Shown: piece by piece, positions 25,312 through 40,441 of the stretch
Numbering within the stretch: position 1 is the first letter of the stretch
How the letters are laid out: every line of letters begins with the position of its first letter
Source of the DNA: the human T2T-CHM13v2.0 reference genome, Homo sapiens
DNA length: 64,000 nt
Strand: one strand, 5' to 3'
Assembly (NCBI RefSeq): GCF_009914755.1
Contig: NC_060936.1
Program-made: the position numbers and the translations under genes
The notes under the pieces: generated by a model
The model's database searches: none
Seen by the model: only the letters and a program-made list of their open reading frames with translations
Told to the model about the DNA's origin: nothing

Positions 25312-26351
25312 GTGGGCGCTCCTTGAATCCCACTGTACAGATGAAGAAACTGAGGCACAGAGAGGTTGGCTGACTTGCCTGAGGTCACACAGCTGAAACA
25401 TCCAGGGGGTTGAGACCTGGTTTCTCCCTAGGAATGGGGCCCCTCTGCTGCTCATCCTCCAGGGCCATGCTACTAAAGTCTTCCAGAGGCTTCAGGCAGG
25501 CTGGGGTCCGAAGGCCCTGGGGAAACCTGGCTGCTTACCTGCCCAGGCTCCCCGAGGGAGGGGTGGGGCTGGCTCATTCCTGAGTGCCCCTGCCACACAG
25601 AGAGTGAGGCACTATGTTGCTGAAATGATGGGTAAAGGATGGGCAGAGACCATCTGCCTCAGCAATAGCCGCTTCTCCAGTCCCTTTTCCTAACTCTTGG
25701 TTTTCTGGGCGGGGGCTCCAGAACGTTCCTAGCTTCTCCACCCCGACCCCCTATGGAGGAGTTGCTGGGGCCTGCCAGCACCTGTCTCCCCGCCCCACCC
25801 CCGCTCCCTCCTGCCATCGCCTGGAACACACAGCCATTAGCAGCCACCCTGAGCAGTAATTGTCCAGATTGCTGTAATTCACGGCAGACGAACATGCTGC
25901 TGCTCACGACATTATTACAAATGTCACTGAGCAGGGCCTCCGCGTGCACGGCCCCCAGGGGACGCTCACTGCCGTCTCCATGGGCAGGACCCAGGATGAG
26001 CTCACTGTCATCACTGAGGACCCAACCTTGAGATGGTGGGACACGGGCTCCTCTCCGCCGGTGAGTCATCCCCAGCCGTCCTCCCAGCCTCCGGATCTGC
26101 CCTTCCAGAAGGCAAACAGAGGGCAGGCACTGTCTTCCCAGTTCTCAGGCAATGGGCGGTGGGGGCGGGGGTGGTCACCGGTGAGGAGGTGGTAGTGACA
26201 ACACGAGACACGAGAAGGGATGGAGAGGCGGTGGGACCCTGGGCTGACCGTTTGGGGATGTCCACGCGGAGTCCTCCGATGGGTGGGTGCTCTGGGAAAT
26301 CTCCCAGCCAACAGGCTGAGATCCCAGGGACTCACCTGTGATTAAAAATCT

Positions 26352-26834
26352 CACACAATTTTACACAAATGCTCACAGCAGCACTCTTCACAACAGCCAC
26401 ATGGAAACAACCCACACATCCCCCAAGAGATGAACGACCGACAAAATGTGGTCCGTGCAGGTGAGGGAATATTATTCAGCCGTACAAAGCTACTCAGATG
26501 AACCTCAGAACCATCATGCTCCCAGAAAGGAGCCAGACACAAAAGGCCACAAACTGTAGGATTCCATTCATTGGAAACGCCCAGAACAGGCCAATCCACA
26601 GAGACAGAGAGTGCATTAGTGGCTGCCAGGGGCTGGTAGGGCTGGGGCGGGGCCCTGGGAGGGACTGCTAATGGGTATGGGATTTCCATCTGGGGTGAGA
26701 AAAAGTTCTGGAACTAGGCAGTGGTGAGGGTTGCACACCAATGCAGATGTACTTCATGCCACTGAGATGTTCACTTTCCAGTGGTTAGAATGCTGAGCTT
26801 CGTGCCATGTGTATCATCTCAAAATTAAATAAAA
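26352..26834 (+). mobile_element. Old L1 (L1MB/MC-like) 3' fragment
   Basis: ggaatattattcagcc...aggagccagacacaaaaggccaca...gttctggaacta...aattaaataaaa. Confidence 0.85.
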
Positions 26835-26964
26835 GGCGGCGGGAATCACACAATTTCAATAAAGCTTCTTTTGCAGCCTATAATGAAATACATGCCAGAA
26901 ACCACCAAGTGGACATTAAAGACAGAGAAACAACAATGTGGCCTCTCTGGGGGCTGACAGCAGC

Positions 26965-27027
26965 CCCAGGCCCTACCAGCTGGATACAGTGCCCAGGCCC
27001 TACCAGCTGGATACAGTGCCCAGGCCC
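26965..27027. repeat. Perfect 27-bp tandem duplication (2.3 copies)
   Basis: cccaggccctaccagctggatacagtg x2. Confidence 0.92.
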
Positions 27028-28583
27028 CGCTGGCATGCCTCTCACTCACCACACACAGAGCCTGACCTGCAGCGGCAGGCAGGCCCTCCTTCCTGAATGG
27101 TGCGAGGGTCTCTCTGGGTCCAGGTTCACCTCAGCCTGGGGGGCGGAGGGCAGACTGCCCCCGGAGGAGCTCTGAGGGCGAGGGGCAGGGTCCCGGGGTG
27201 AGGGCGGGGGCTATGGGGGTCTTCTCAGGGCTGTGGGGACCCTCAGCACCCCCCACAACTACAGTGGAGGACGGGGCCGGGCCCAGGAGCCCCGTGATCC
27301 AGGCTGTTCTCAGATACACCTGCCCTTATGTGCCAAGAGCGTTTGCTATAAAGGGCCTTTGTTCCCTCCATAAGTCACGACCTGGAGCTTTCTGCACAAA
27401 GAAACCGCACGTCACAGACAGCCTCGACTCCAGCAGGGCCACGGGACCAAGCACGGGACAGGGACGGGGAGTGGGGGCCTGGGCCTGCTCCCGGCCCCAC
27501 ACACCAGCTCCGGAACCCGTGGCACTCCTTGGCCTCTGCTTCCTGGCTCCTTGCCCACAAACAGGGACATGGGCGGGGACAGGAGCAGGCCCCACCTCTT
27601 AGATAACCGAGAGTGAGCGTGCCGTGGGAGCCAGGTGCTGCCCCGGCCTCAGCAGTGCTGCCAGTGATGCACCAGCTCCAACAGCCCCTGCCCCAGGCCA
27701 GGCACGGCCGAGGGAGGGAGGAGATTCGCTCCCACTCAGCCCACCATGGGCCCTCACACAGGGTTATCTGATTCCGCACAGCCAACCTAGACGACCCTCC
27801 CACTCAACAGACGGGCAAACCGAGGCCCAGAGGCAGGTCACTGTGCTGGGAAGTAAAGATCTTGGCCAGGAGACAGCACAGCTGAGAGGGGATCCGGCTT
27901 AGGAGGCACTGGACCCCAGCCCCCACGGTGCTGCACATCACAAGGCCATCTGCTCGGGATGGCTTCTGCTGCCAGCACCAATGCCTGCTGGCTCCCTGCC
28001 GTGTGAGCCACTCCCACGACTGTCCCCAACGGCCTGGGTGTCCCCATCCACTCCAGAACCCGTCACCCAGATTGGGGTGCTCAAACCTGAGACAGGTTTC
28101 CAAAGCCCCAGCACACTTGAGCCCAGGATAGGACCTTTGGGGCTCTAAGGGCTGGATGAACGCCCTGCAGGTCTCCCTGACCCCAGGACTCTACCGAGAT
28201 GGCCGCCGGCAAGCTCTGACTGTCCCGAGATACCCAGGTGTGCTGCCACTGCTCTGTCCCCAAGGCCCAGAGGTGCTGGCCACAGAGGTCACCCAGAAGC
28301 CACTCGCTGACTACATGCACAGCACAAGCTGTGTCTCTCTGAGCTGCGCCCTCAAGTCACAAAGACAAGCCTGACAGCGCAGCTGCACAGACCCATTTTC
28401 TGGAAGGTAAAACTGAGGCTCCAGGGTGACAAACCTGAGAACAGCCCAGAACCAGAACCTCACCAGAGGCCTCACCACAGCCCCTGGCTCAAGGCCAAAT
28501 GTGTCAACACCCTCCCCAGCACGTGAGCTTCAGGCGCCCTGGATGCAAACCAACAAGGCTTAAAGCCGCCACACACCCCTCAC

Positions 28584-28646
28584 CTTTCTTGGCTGTTTCC
28601 ATTTCTTCTTCTGTCCAGCGAGAACTCTCATTCAGCTCCATGGAGG
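28584..28646 (-). CDS. NCOR2: NCOR2 exon H (63 nt): (A)SMELNESSRWTEEEMETAKK(G); start of SANT2
   Basis: Not in the ORF track in this frame; found by reading. Acceptor ttttcag|CC, donor AAG|gtgagg. Confidence 0.96.
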
Positions 28647-29119
28647 CTGAAAAGAAGATGCCAGGTTATTGGCAGGAGCCGGGAGAGGAGGCACTTTGCC
28701 TTCTGCCCTTTTCTCTCCTTTGAGCCAGGGAGGGAGTAGACCAGGCCTTGACAGTGTCACCGCACGGCTCTGAACCCCGTGGGAAGGCCACATTTCAGAC
28801 GCCCCTCCCCAGCCAGTACCCACCGTGGCACCTGACTCCCTGAGCCTTTATGCTGGGCTGGAGCTGTGCTGGGCAGTCCCACGTGCCGTTGGTCGGGGCC
28901 AACCTCCACACAAGCCGCTGAAGTCGGGGCACCTGCGATCACCCCATTTTATAGAAGGGGACACTGAAGCAGTCAAGGGCCTTGACCATGACTGCCTCTG
29001 CCTGCACTCTGTTGGGAAAGGGGTCACCTGGTGACGTGGCGACAGTGGGACACAAGCTTCAGGTGGGCCGGGACCTCATCTGACCGAGGACCCTCTCGGA
29101 GCCCAGCTCTTCTATTACT

Positions 29120-29279
29120 GTGGGGCTGTCCCATCACGGCAGGATGCTTAGCAACCCTGGACTCTGCACGCTGGACTCCAGCAACCCTACTCCAATTGTG
29201 ACCATCAAAACTGTTCACAGACACTGCCTGGCGTCCCCTAGTGGGGGAGTAAAATCGCCCATGGCGGAGAAGCCCTGCT
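29120..29279 (+). mobile_element. MER20 fragment
   Basis: aggatgcttagcaaccctgg...tgtgaccatcaaaactgt..cagacactgcc...aaaatcgccc. Confidence 0.7.
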
Positions 29280-30965
29280 CCAGAGGGAATGTTCATACCC
29301 CCACTCATCCAGGACAAGGAGGGGCTTCTGGTGTTACTGGGAAGGGACACAACCTGGCCTTGGGGTTGGCTGGAGGTGGCTGCATCTCTGCAGTGGCACT
29401 ATTTTTGGGTCTGTCTGCCGAGCTCCTCTGGATGTGAGCCCTGGCCCTTCCTTTCCAGTTGCTTAAGACCCATGAGTGGGGTGGGTGCGAGGGACGTCAG
29501 CTCCATGGACTCAGCACCTGGAACTGCGCCAGGGGGAGTATGTGTCCAACAGAGGCTGGCTGAGGAGTGGCGGAAGGTTCCAGCAGAAGAGGGGAGACGG
29601 CCCCCACCCCCATGGGCAGCCCCATCAGCCCCGACAGGCCAGAGCCACCCCAGCCTCCCCCATCTCTGCAGCCACAGCCTGGGCCTCTCTGGGACCTCAT
29701 CGATGCTCCCATTCCTCCCCACAGGACTCCCAGAGGAAGCCTACAGAAGCCAGGGGTGCCAGGGGTGCTGAGGGTGCCCAGTGCCAGAAGAGACATGGAA
29801 GGTCTAGGAGTGTGTTTTCCACCCTGCGGCTGAGCCCCCAGCATCAGCCTTGGGTCCGAGAGGACTATCCCCAGAGATCAGGCAGGAAGAAAGCCCTTTC
29901 ACCCTGGGCCTCCAAGTACACCGCCACCAAGAGGCAGCTGGAAAATATCTGCAGGAGCTGCATAGGCTCTGTGGCCAATGGGGCTGAGTTCTAACCCCAG
30001 CTACAATGAAATTTTTAGAGAGGGAACGTTTCCTCTCTGAGCTTCGAGTGGGCCATTTATGAAATAGGTCCAAACTACATCCCACGAGAAGAAGAGACAG
30101 GTGCATGACCCGGACCCCAGGGGACGGTGGGGGTCTGTGGGAGATGAAGCAGCATCTCCACCCTGAGAATGAGCCCTGGCAGGCGGGGCTTCGGCCTGAG
30201 CGCTTGGGCCCCTGGGTGGGTTCCCGCAGTGGCTGGAGGGCTGGACCCTAACAGCTAAACAAAGTAGAGACAACAGACGCACACCGCTGCCCCCTGCGGC
30301 GAATCTTGGGAACTGCCACTCACATCATCTCATTTTTTTCTACTTTCTGGGAGGGTAGTGAGGGATGAACACCCTTCTCAACAGAAGGGGAAACTGAGGC
30401 CCACGGAAGTGAAGGTACAAAACCAGATGCCTACCAGGGTAGAGGCTGGGTGGGGACAAGTAGAGCCCATGACATTCTAAGAAGGAGTGGTGGTTACTCG
30501 GCTCCCAACAACAGCCACCTCATGGGAACCTGGGCCAAGCGTGGCCAGATCTTCTGTTTTAAAAACGACAACCAAAAAATCCGGAACTGGTCACTGGGAA
30601 TTTTTTGTGACATCTCCCTGCTCTGAAATCACTGTGGTTGAAGCCACTGAACTCTTCCTACACCCCAGGCACTGTTCTAGGTGCTTCTCACATAGCAAGT
30701 GACTACAACTGTCCCCCCACGTTAGAGGTAACCACCGATTCCTCCCACTGAGAACATGAGGACCCTGAGGCACAGAGAGGTTCAGGAATTCATGCTGGGC
30801 CACACAGCACATCCAGTAGGTAGCGCTGGGATTTGACTCCAACCATGACTTACACCAACCCCTTGGCTGTTGCCAATTAACTCAAATTGCACGAAACTTT
30901 CATATGAGCGCAACCCGCCGTGTCTCCAGCCCCTTCCCCACCCGCATCCCTGGCCCCCAGCTCAC

Positions 30966-31138
30966 CCAGCTCGGCGCTCTGCTGGGGGGTGATGGCCTCC
31001 TCGCTGTTGGCCTCATTAGCCATTGAGCGGGTGATGCGGCCTTTGCGTCTTCCCTGGCTGTTGGCAGTTTTGCGGCCTTTGGAGGCCACAGCCTCCTTCT
31101 CGTCGTTGTCCTCCCCTGAGGTGTCGTCTGTCTTCTCC
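30966..31138 (-). CDS. NCOR2: NCOR2 exon G (173 nt): EKTDDTSGEDNDEKEAVASKGRKTANSQGRRKGRITRSMANEANSEEAITPQQSAEL
   Basis: Acceptor ctgtag|G, donor CTGG|gtgagc; 1+171+1 nt. Confidence 0.97.
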
Positions 31139-31387
31139 CTACAGGCCAGAGAGGGGAGATAGGATGGCTTCACCCGAGCCGGGAAATCAAACAGCCACTG
31201 GAGGAGACTGTTTCTTTAGCTGGATTTGCACTGGCTGCCAGCCATGGCACTAATCGGACGCTAGGAAAGAGGGGGAGAGGCCTGAGGTGAGGGTGGCCAG
31301 GGGCAAGTCTGCAGGGGCTCCATGTTCACCAGAAGTGGGAGTACAGCTGGCAGGACAACACCATGCTATTTCTCAAAAGGGAGTTGC

Positions 31388-31732
<345 letters not shown>

Positions 31733-32868
31733 TCACCAATAAGGCCATGTGGACAGGTAGTTAATTGGCTGGCTATTTTATTCCCCAAATGGGAGGTACT
31801 GGGAGCTTTCCTGCAAGGCTACTTTCTTCTGGGCTGGTGGTTATCTGCAAGACCATTTTATGCACCAAATAGAGAGATACTGTCTGCAAGACTATTTGGT
31901 GAACTAAATGGGGGCGTGGGCTGGCAGCAATTTATAGGGCCATTTTATTCGCCACAGAGGAGCTATTTCCAGAGGGGCTCTATAAGAGGCAATACATTGG
32001 CCTTCAGTATTATCAAGGGCCGGGCATCATCTTAGACATTGGCAGGAGGAAACTCTCTTGCTGGTTTTATGCAGGCCTAGCCTGCAGGCCTAGCTGTGGT
32101 GTGTGGGGGTGCTCACAACCTCGATACCCGAGCTGGGGCTCTCGCAGAAGTGACTGGGGAGAGTTTTACTGCGGGAGGCTCAGATTGATCACCTCTGCCT
32201 TCCCATTCATCTTCCTGAAAGGCCCTTGCTGGAAGCGTCTGGGAGACGGGGTGAGGAAGCCAGATGTTCTCTGAAGCCAAATTCCTGAGCCCATTACAGG
32301 TACCTGGCGCTAAGTCGTGCCGCCCCCCTTTCTCCAGCTGGCTGCACTCCTGCAGCCCCTGGCAGGCACAGGAGGCTGTCACGGCCCCCGCGGTGAGGCT
32401 GTGCCTTGATCTGCAAGAACTCACACTGCCATCGATGATTCTAAAGGTGACAGCAGCCGCCTGCACACCTAGTCCTTCCAGGAGGGCCTCTGATCCCCCT
32501 TTCCCCCTTCCTGGCGCCTCAGGAGGAAAGAGCGGGAGGAAGCAGGGAGGCAGAGAGTTCCAAAGTCATTGCCTGGATTTATTAGCTCAGGAGTGGAGCT
32601 CAAATGAGCTATCAGTCTCTAAAGTCTCCAGAGGGTTGGAGAAAGAAAGCGAGGGCGGAGGAGAGGGGGGAGCCAGGGAGGAGGAGTAGGGCGATGGGTG
32701 GGCTTCCGGAAGGGGGGCTGTCAGGGGCAAACGAGCAGAAAGCCCTCCCCCCTGCTCACAGGCAATTGGTGGGCACCCCACCCGTCTCTACAAAGGGTCC
32801 CCCAGAACCGTGTGCCACCCGGGTTGGGTCAGCGGCCGGGCCCTGCAGGGGACAGCAGGCTGCCTTAC

Positions 32869-32976
32869 TTGAGGAGGTCTTCCTTGTCGTTCTCCACCTC
32901 CGGCTTCTCCTCCTCCTTCTCCGCCTCCTTTTCCTTCTCCTTCTCATCTTTCTCCTCCTGGCTGCTGCGGGGCATG

Positions 32977-33026
<50 letters not shown>
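32869..33026 (-). CDS. NCOR2: NCOR2 exon F (158 nt): Q16-PMPRSSQEEKDEKEKEKEAEKEEEKPEVENDKEDLL(K); polyQ exon
   Basis: Pyrimidine tract then tgacag|CAG CAG CAA CAA (CAG)12; donor AA|gtaagg; 52 codons + 2 nt. The exact acceptor could shift by 3 or 6 nt. Confidence 0.94.

Positions 33027-33029
<3 letters not shown>
32979..33029 (-). repeat. (CAG)3(CAA)2(CAG)12 trinucleotide repeat spanning the exon F acceptor
   Basis: Counted directly. Confidence 0.97.
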
Positions 33030-33030
<1 letters not shown>

Positions 33031-36000
33031 CAGACCCCGGGGGAGGGCAGAGGGGAGTGGGGAGGGAAGAAAACCGTGAACAGGTGAATCTCTGCACCTG
33101 GGCTCAGACTGAGCTGGGGGAGGAGGAGGAAAACCCGTGGAGTCCACCCAGAAGAGGTCATAAACAACCGGGAAGCCAGGCCCCACTGGCATGAGATGGG
33201 GAGAGGCACGGCCTGGGGTCTTGCCGCCCTAGGGGCCTGGGGAGGCGGAGTCGGGGTGAGGGGCAGGAAGCATTGGTGTCAGAAGTGCTGGCTTCAATTC
33301 CTGCCCTTTCCACACAGTGGCTGTGTGAGCTTGGATGAGGGTCTTAACCTCTCTGTGCCGACTCCTTCGCCTTGACAATGGGGGTATTCAGCATGCCTGT
33401 GCCTCAGCTGAGGGCTGGGAGGTTGAAATGAGAGAATCCTCACCATGCTTACATCCGCATCTGGCCCGGATATTTAAGAGGGGCAGATGTGATCTGGGTT
33501 GAGAGAGGTGCCCTGGTGAGCCTCGGCAGGGGTGCCTGAGCATCTGGGAAGCTGGGGACACACCCCTGATGCCCCAGCCCTGCCCTGCCCCCGACAGAGC
33601 TCAGGCCACCTCTCTAAGCCTCGGTCTCTGAGTCTGTAAAACGGGGAGGTGGGGGGATGCCCCTGATTCCCCAGAGCCCAGGAAGGCCCCAGGCCTGCGT
33701 GGAGGTGGCTGCTCTGCTGCCTGGGCCTGGTCTCCCTCGCATGCCAGCACCCCAGGGGGACAGAACAAGCCCATTTTACAGAGCAGATCAGAGAGGCTGG
33801 GAGCCAAGCCAGCCTCCTTACTTGGGCCTCTTCCTGTCATCTGCCTCCCCGACCTGTCCCAGCCACTCTGGGCCTACCGCCCCTCCCCTCACCGAGATAG
33901 AGGAGGGAGTGTGAGCTCCTCCTGGCACCGCCTCCCGATTTCCTGTCATCCCGCCTGATTTCTTTTAAAGCACACACTGATTTTCTTGGACACCCCAAGG
34001 TCCTCCCTGCAGGCAGCTGCCAAACCAGACCATCTTTCCATCCCTCTGAGCCAAGCGAAATAAAAATAAACCCCAAAGCCTTTTAATGTGTACCAGGGGC
34101 ACAGTCACGGCAATGTTTCAAACCAGGGAGCAAGAACTCCAAGCAGATGGAAGAGGAGGGATCGGGGAGGTGAGAGAGACTCCCTTCTCTTGCCTTTCCT
34201 TCCTGCCAGGAACAGGTGCCTGACCCGCACACAACGCTCTCTCCAGCCTCTTTTCATTTAGGATGGGGCAGAAAAACAGAGCAAGTGTCTGACTGCTGCA
34301 GGCAACCGTGGGCTCCCTGAGGCTGCTGCCAGGTCCAGGGCAGAGCCTCGGGCCTGCATCTGCCTCTTTTCCCCAGGAATCCCTTGCCACCATGTTCTGT
34401 AAGAGGAGCCAGGAAGGGGCAGAGTTGCCCGACCTGGAACAGACCCCCCGGCCCCCAGGTTGCTGCTGATTCCCCAACAGGTGCCCGGCATCCTGGGATC
34501 AACCTGTTCTCCCTCTCCTGACCTCGAACCCTCAAACGTAACGTTTAAACAGCCGGCAGGTGAAGCCTCTTTTGGAGGTGGAAGCTGGGGCAGGGAGGGT
34601 TTTTTTGGCTTGTTCCTACACAGTATCCTTTCTGTCCACATTTGCCCGATGTGGGCAGAGGTAGGGACCCGGGGAGGGAGGAGTGATGTGGCTGGCTGGG
34701 GAGAGAGCCTTGGCCCCTGGGCTGCCCGGCATGGATGCCGTCTCCCCGGGTCAGATGTCCCTGGCAACAGCCCAGGGCCAGAGTCTGGGCAGGGCCGGGG
34801 CTTTTGAATCACACGGGCTTGGTGTCTCCTGAGACCACATTCAGCTACGTCTGTGCCAAGAAGTCCCCACCTGGGCTGTGGCGTCCCTCCCGATGGGAGC
34901 AGCAGCCACGGAGCCTCCTTCCCAGAGCATCTGCCCATCAGCCCCTGCACCTAGGCTGGTGGGGGCTCCATGACCCCCTGGGGCCTCACCCATGGACCAA
35001 CGAATCAGGCTAATGTCTGCTCCGGCATGGCCAGTAAATGCAGCTCCACACCCATCAGGCCGCAGGCAGGGGCCAGTTGGGAGAGGGATGCATCTGGGCC
35101 AGGCCCTGAGCTACGAGCCTTCCCCACCGCAGCTCTCCTCCAAGTCCTCAGAAAAGCCCCAAGGAAGAAGAGGCTGGTACAGAGGAGAAAATCCCCACAG
35201 ATCCCCGAGAGCTGACTATGTGCCCAGCACTGTGCTGTCCATTTTCTATGGGCCGGCTCCTGGCCCCTCTGAAGTCCTGATGGAGATGAAAACGCCACGA
35301 GTAACACCCCTGCACCATGCCAAGTGCTTTGCAAACACTATCCCAGCCTCAGAAACAGGAGAGCAGTGATCACTGGTCACATTCTGCAGAGGAGGAAACA
35401 GGCTCAGAGAGGCAAAGCTTCGAGGTCTCGGAGCAAAGGCTGACGGCCCAGAGTGTGGGGGATGGGGCCCTGCTGCCCCCAGAGCCCCCGCTGAGAGTCT
35501 CAGCCAACCCCCAGCCAGGATCTACAGTTTGTGTTCTGCAGACTTGCCAGCACGCCCCATCTACCTATCCCTACCTGCCTCCCACTCCAGACTCTACAAG
35601 CCCCGCCAGGGCCTGCCCACAACCCCCTCGCTCCTGGAACGTCACCCCCTATGTCTCCATATTCGATCGCTCATGGCACCACGTGCCTGGCTCCGTCCCA
35701 CATGGTCTCCCCTACCCACCCACCTGTCCATCTTACAGAACAGGAAACTGAGGCACCGAGTGCAATCCTGGCACCAAGCCTTGCCGCCTCCTCTTCCCTG
35801 ACATGTTAACAAGCCCCCAGGGCAGGGGTGCCTTCCACCCTCACCCTCTGGTTGGAGTGGGTGCAGCAACACCCACTAGCACAGCACCTTCTGGGCCACC
35901 CTGCAGCCAAGGCCTAGGGCCCTGTGCACAGGCTCCTCACTTCCTGTGGCCTCAACATCTCCTGTGGGAGAGGCATCCCTGCAGCCCACGCTGAGTGAGT

Positions 36001-36375
36001 CCGGTGGGGGAAGATGAAAAGGAGGAATAGCAGAGCAGCCCTGGCCTTAAAATATGCTTTCCAGTGGGACAGACCCCGGCAGCCTTAATGATGAACATCT
36101 GCAGGGTCTCGCAGTGGCCACCCGGGAGGCTGAGGGACTGATTGAGGGCCGCTCATACTCGCTGCTGGGAGATTATGCAGGGAGAGGGAGGTCCCAGCTC
36201 ACAACTCCCCCTGAGGAGCTGGGGGGACCCGGCAGCCGGCTCAGCCCCCAAAGCCTTCTATGTTTTAGGGCAGCAAGTGCAGCAGCCGACACTGGCGAGG
36301 CTGGGCTGCTGGGTCTTGGGCCTGTCCATAGAGCGGCAGAACTGCACCTGCTGGGCTTCCCGGGCCACTGGGGGC

Positions 36376-36910
36376 CATGGTTCTCAAGGTCCCATGACAT
36401 TGGCTGCACACTCAGATCTCGTGGGGAGCCCTGCGAAGTCCTGATGCCCAGGCCGCACCCCACACCAATGACATCCAAATCTCTGGGCGGAGACCCAGGC
36501 GTTCGTATGTTAAATTCCAGGTTATCCCGATGGGCAGCCAGATTTGAGAACCAGTGCTTTACCAGGGACTGGCAAACGTTTTCTGTAAGGGCCAGAGGAT
36601 AAGTATGCCGTCTCTGTCAACCCCCTTCTCAATTCTGCCACTGTCTTGTGAAAGCGGCCCTTATATCAACAAAAGGGCACGGCTGTGTGCCAATAAAACT
36701 TTATTTACAAAAGCAGGTGGTGGGCCGGATTTGGCCTGTGGGCTTTCGTTAGAGCACTCTGCTCCAGGCCAGTGTTACCCACACCTGCAGGTGCACACAC
36801 ATCCCCTGCCAATTCCCACTCAGTCGGTCTGGGGTGGGGCCTGGGACTCTGCATTTCTAACCTGCGCCAGGAGAAGCTGCCACGGCTGGCCTCAGATCCC
36901 ACTGAGGAGT
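36376..36910. mobile_element. Cluster of hAT MITEs: MER5A-like, MER58A-like, MER5-like
   Basis: tggttctcaa...ttgagaaccag; cagggactggcaaac...gccaataaaactttatttacaaaa; ctgcatttctaac. Confidence 0.8.
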
Positions 36911-38537
36911 GAGGCCTTCAAGAATCCTTGTCTCACAAGGCACATAAAGGACTCTGTGCAGCAGAAAACGCCTGTGGGCACCATTCCCTCAACGTGAGGG
37001 GACTGAAAGGAGAATCAGAAAGAACTAGAAGCCAGCTCCACTATCTCAAAGGACCCCGCCCTCGTGGTGGAGGGCTACCTCTGCCTTTCAGATGTGCCAC
37101 TGGTCAGGCTGACAGTGGGTTTGTGCCCTGTGCGTGGTCAGAAACATCCCCCCAAACCACAGTACAACTCTGTGACAAACCCTACTGGATCTATGGTTAG
37201 CCAGAGCCACTGGCCCAAAGCCCCAAGAGACACCTGCCCCCAGATCTGGACACTGAACCCATAACCCTCAGCCTGCCAGACAAGCAGCACATGACTGGGC
37301 CTGTGCAGAAGCCCCAGACTGGGGGCTATGCAGAAAAATATCTTAATTAAAAACAGCAAAAGCTCGCTGAGCACATTTGATGAGGCCTTCTTCTCCTAAT
37401 CACTTCCTACCTGTTATTTGAATCCTCCCAACAACTGGTATCATCCCAGTTTTATGGATGAGAATGCAAAGACAGAGGGAGTTTAAGTAACTCATCCAAG
37501 GTCACACAGCATTTCCTAGAAGGTCCTACAGCCAGGTGCCCTACCTCCGCCCTGGGCTGGGGGTTCACAGCCTCCTCCCTATGCCCATTTAAACCAAATG
37601 ATGCCATTGCCTGATTCTTTCCTTCCGCCAGCATAACCTGAACCCCCAAGGGGCACACCAGCCACCGAAAGATGTGGCCCCCAACTGTATGGAGCTTGTA
37701 TTTAGGTTGACAAAGACAGGCCAGATGGAGGCGCCGGTGACGAGGACACATTCAAAAGGCACATTCATGATGCAGATGAGGCAGCAAGGCGTGCTGACAT
37801 GCAGGGCGAGGGAAGGGGCTTTGGCAGAGCAGGAGGCCTCTGCGGCATGGCAATGGGAAAATGGCCCCTGTGCCTACCAAGTGGCACTTTGGGGCATGGC
37901 TGGAGGGCCTGGCCAGGGCTAACACCCATGCTCAGAAATACAGGAGGCATTCTGAGGGCGGTGGGAGCCCCCGGGGACCTTTCTCAAAAGGTGCAGGGGT
38001 CGCGGGGAGTCACATGACCCACCCCATGTTAAAGAGCAATCCAATAGCAGGTCGCAGGAAGGAAGACGGTGGATTCCGGGAATGAGAGGAGACAGTCCAG
38101 TGAGAAGGTGCTGCGACCACCCACGTAGGGGTTGATGAGATTTAATTCTCAGATGCTAAGTCCTTACAAATGTGTCAGGAGAACTTCCCAAAACCCAGCA
38201 ACACCGTCTGTGGCTCAATCTCATGCACTCATTCAACAAACACTTCACTGAGCATCTACCATGTGCCAGGTGCCCCTGAGAGGGCGCATCCTCATGACAC
38301 CTTCCACCTCCTGGCAGTGTAGGGATGGGGATTCCAGGAGCCTGGGGTTGGTGTGGAAAGTGGGGCCAGGGGTCAGAGCCGAGGCAGAACAGGGTTCCCT
38401 GTTGCTGGCAGCTCTTCCCTAACACCTGCTCTCTGTCCCTCGGATTCAGTCTCCTGTCCTTGCTGGGGAAAATGCAGTCAGGGGAGGCCATCTCAGTGCG
38501 TTTAAGGGTTGTCTTTTTATAAGATATACCAAGGCGT

Positions 38538-39543
<1,006 letters not shown>

Positions 39544-40032
39544 GCAGAAAGATGCGTGTCGACAGAACGTGAGCAACATTTAACACGCACATGGAAGCCT
39601 GTTCCGCCTGTACAGATGTGTGCTGTGCCAGCCGAGGCTCTGTTGTAAATCCTAATTCAGATCCCGACCCGCAACTCGGCATCAAATCCACAGTCCCTGC
39701 TCCTGCTCTGAGGCCAGGATTCCTGGCCCTGGCCCACCTCCCTCAGGGCAGCTCTCCCCATGCCCACCACCTGTCTCCTGGAAGATGGCCCGCATGTTCC
39801 TGCTTCAGGGCCTTTGCACGTGCTGTGCCCACGGCCTGGGGTGCTCCCCCGACTTCTGCCTGGCCAGTCCCTTCTTATCACTCAGGTCTGAGCCCAAGGG
39901 ACACCTCCTCAGAGAAGCCTTGCGGCCAGCTCCCTATAAAAGCTGCCCTCCTGCCCAGCAGTGGCCTCCTGACCCTGGCTTACATGTTTGCCCTTCAACA
40001 CTCTCTCAAATTGCCATGCTGATTGACTTACG

Positions 40033-40149
40033 CATGGTCCAAGTCCCCCATGGGTGTCAGCTCCAGGGACCTTGTTTGCCCTTTTTTTTGGAGGCTTGCA
40101 CATGGTCCAAGTTCCCCATGGGTGTCAGCTCCAGGGACCTTGTTTGCCC

Positions 40150-40160
<11 letters not shown>
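40033..40160. repeat. 68-bp-period tandem duplication overlapping an Alu tail
   Basis: catggtccaagt.ccccatgggtgtcagctccagggaccttgtttgcccttttttttgga at 40033 and 40101. Confidence 0.92.

Positions 40161-40441
<281 letters not shown>

Noticed and set aside
32604-33194. PolyL, polyC, polyS and polyA ORFs
   Set aside because: Alternative frames/strand of the CAG repeat; the true frame is the spliced polyQ exon.
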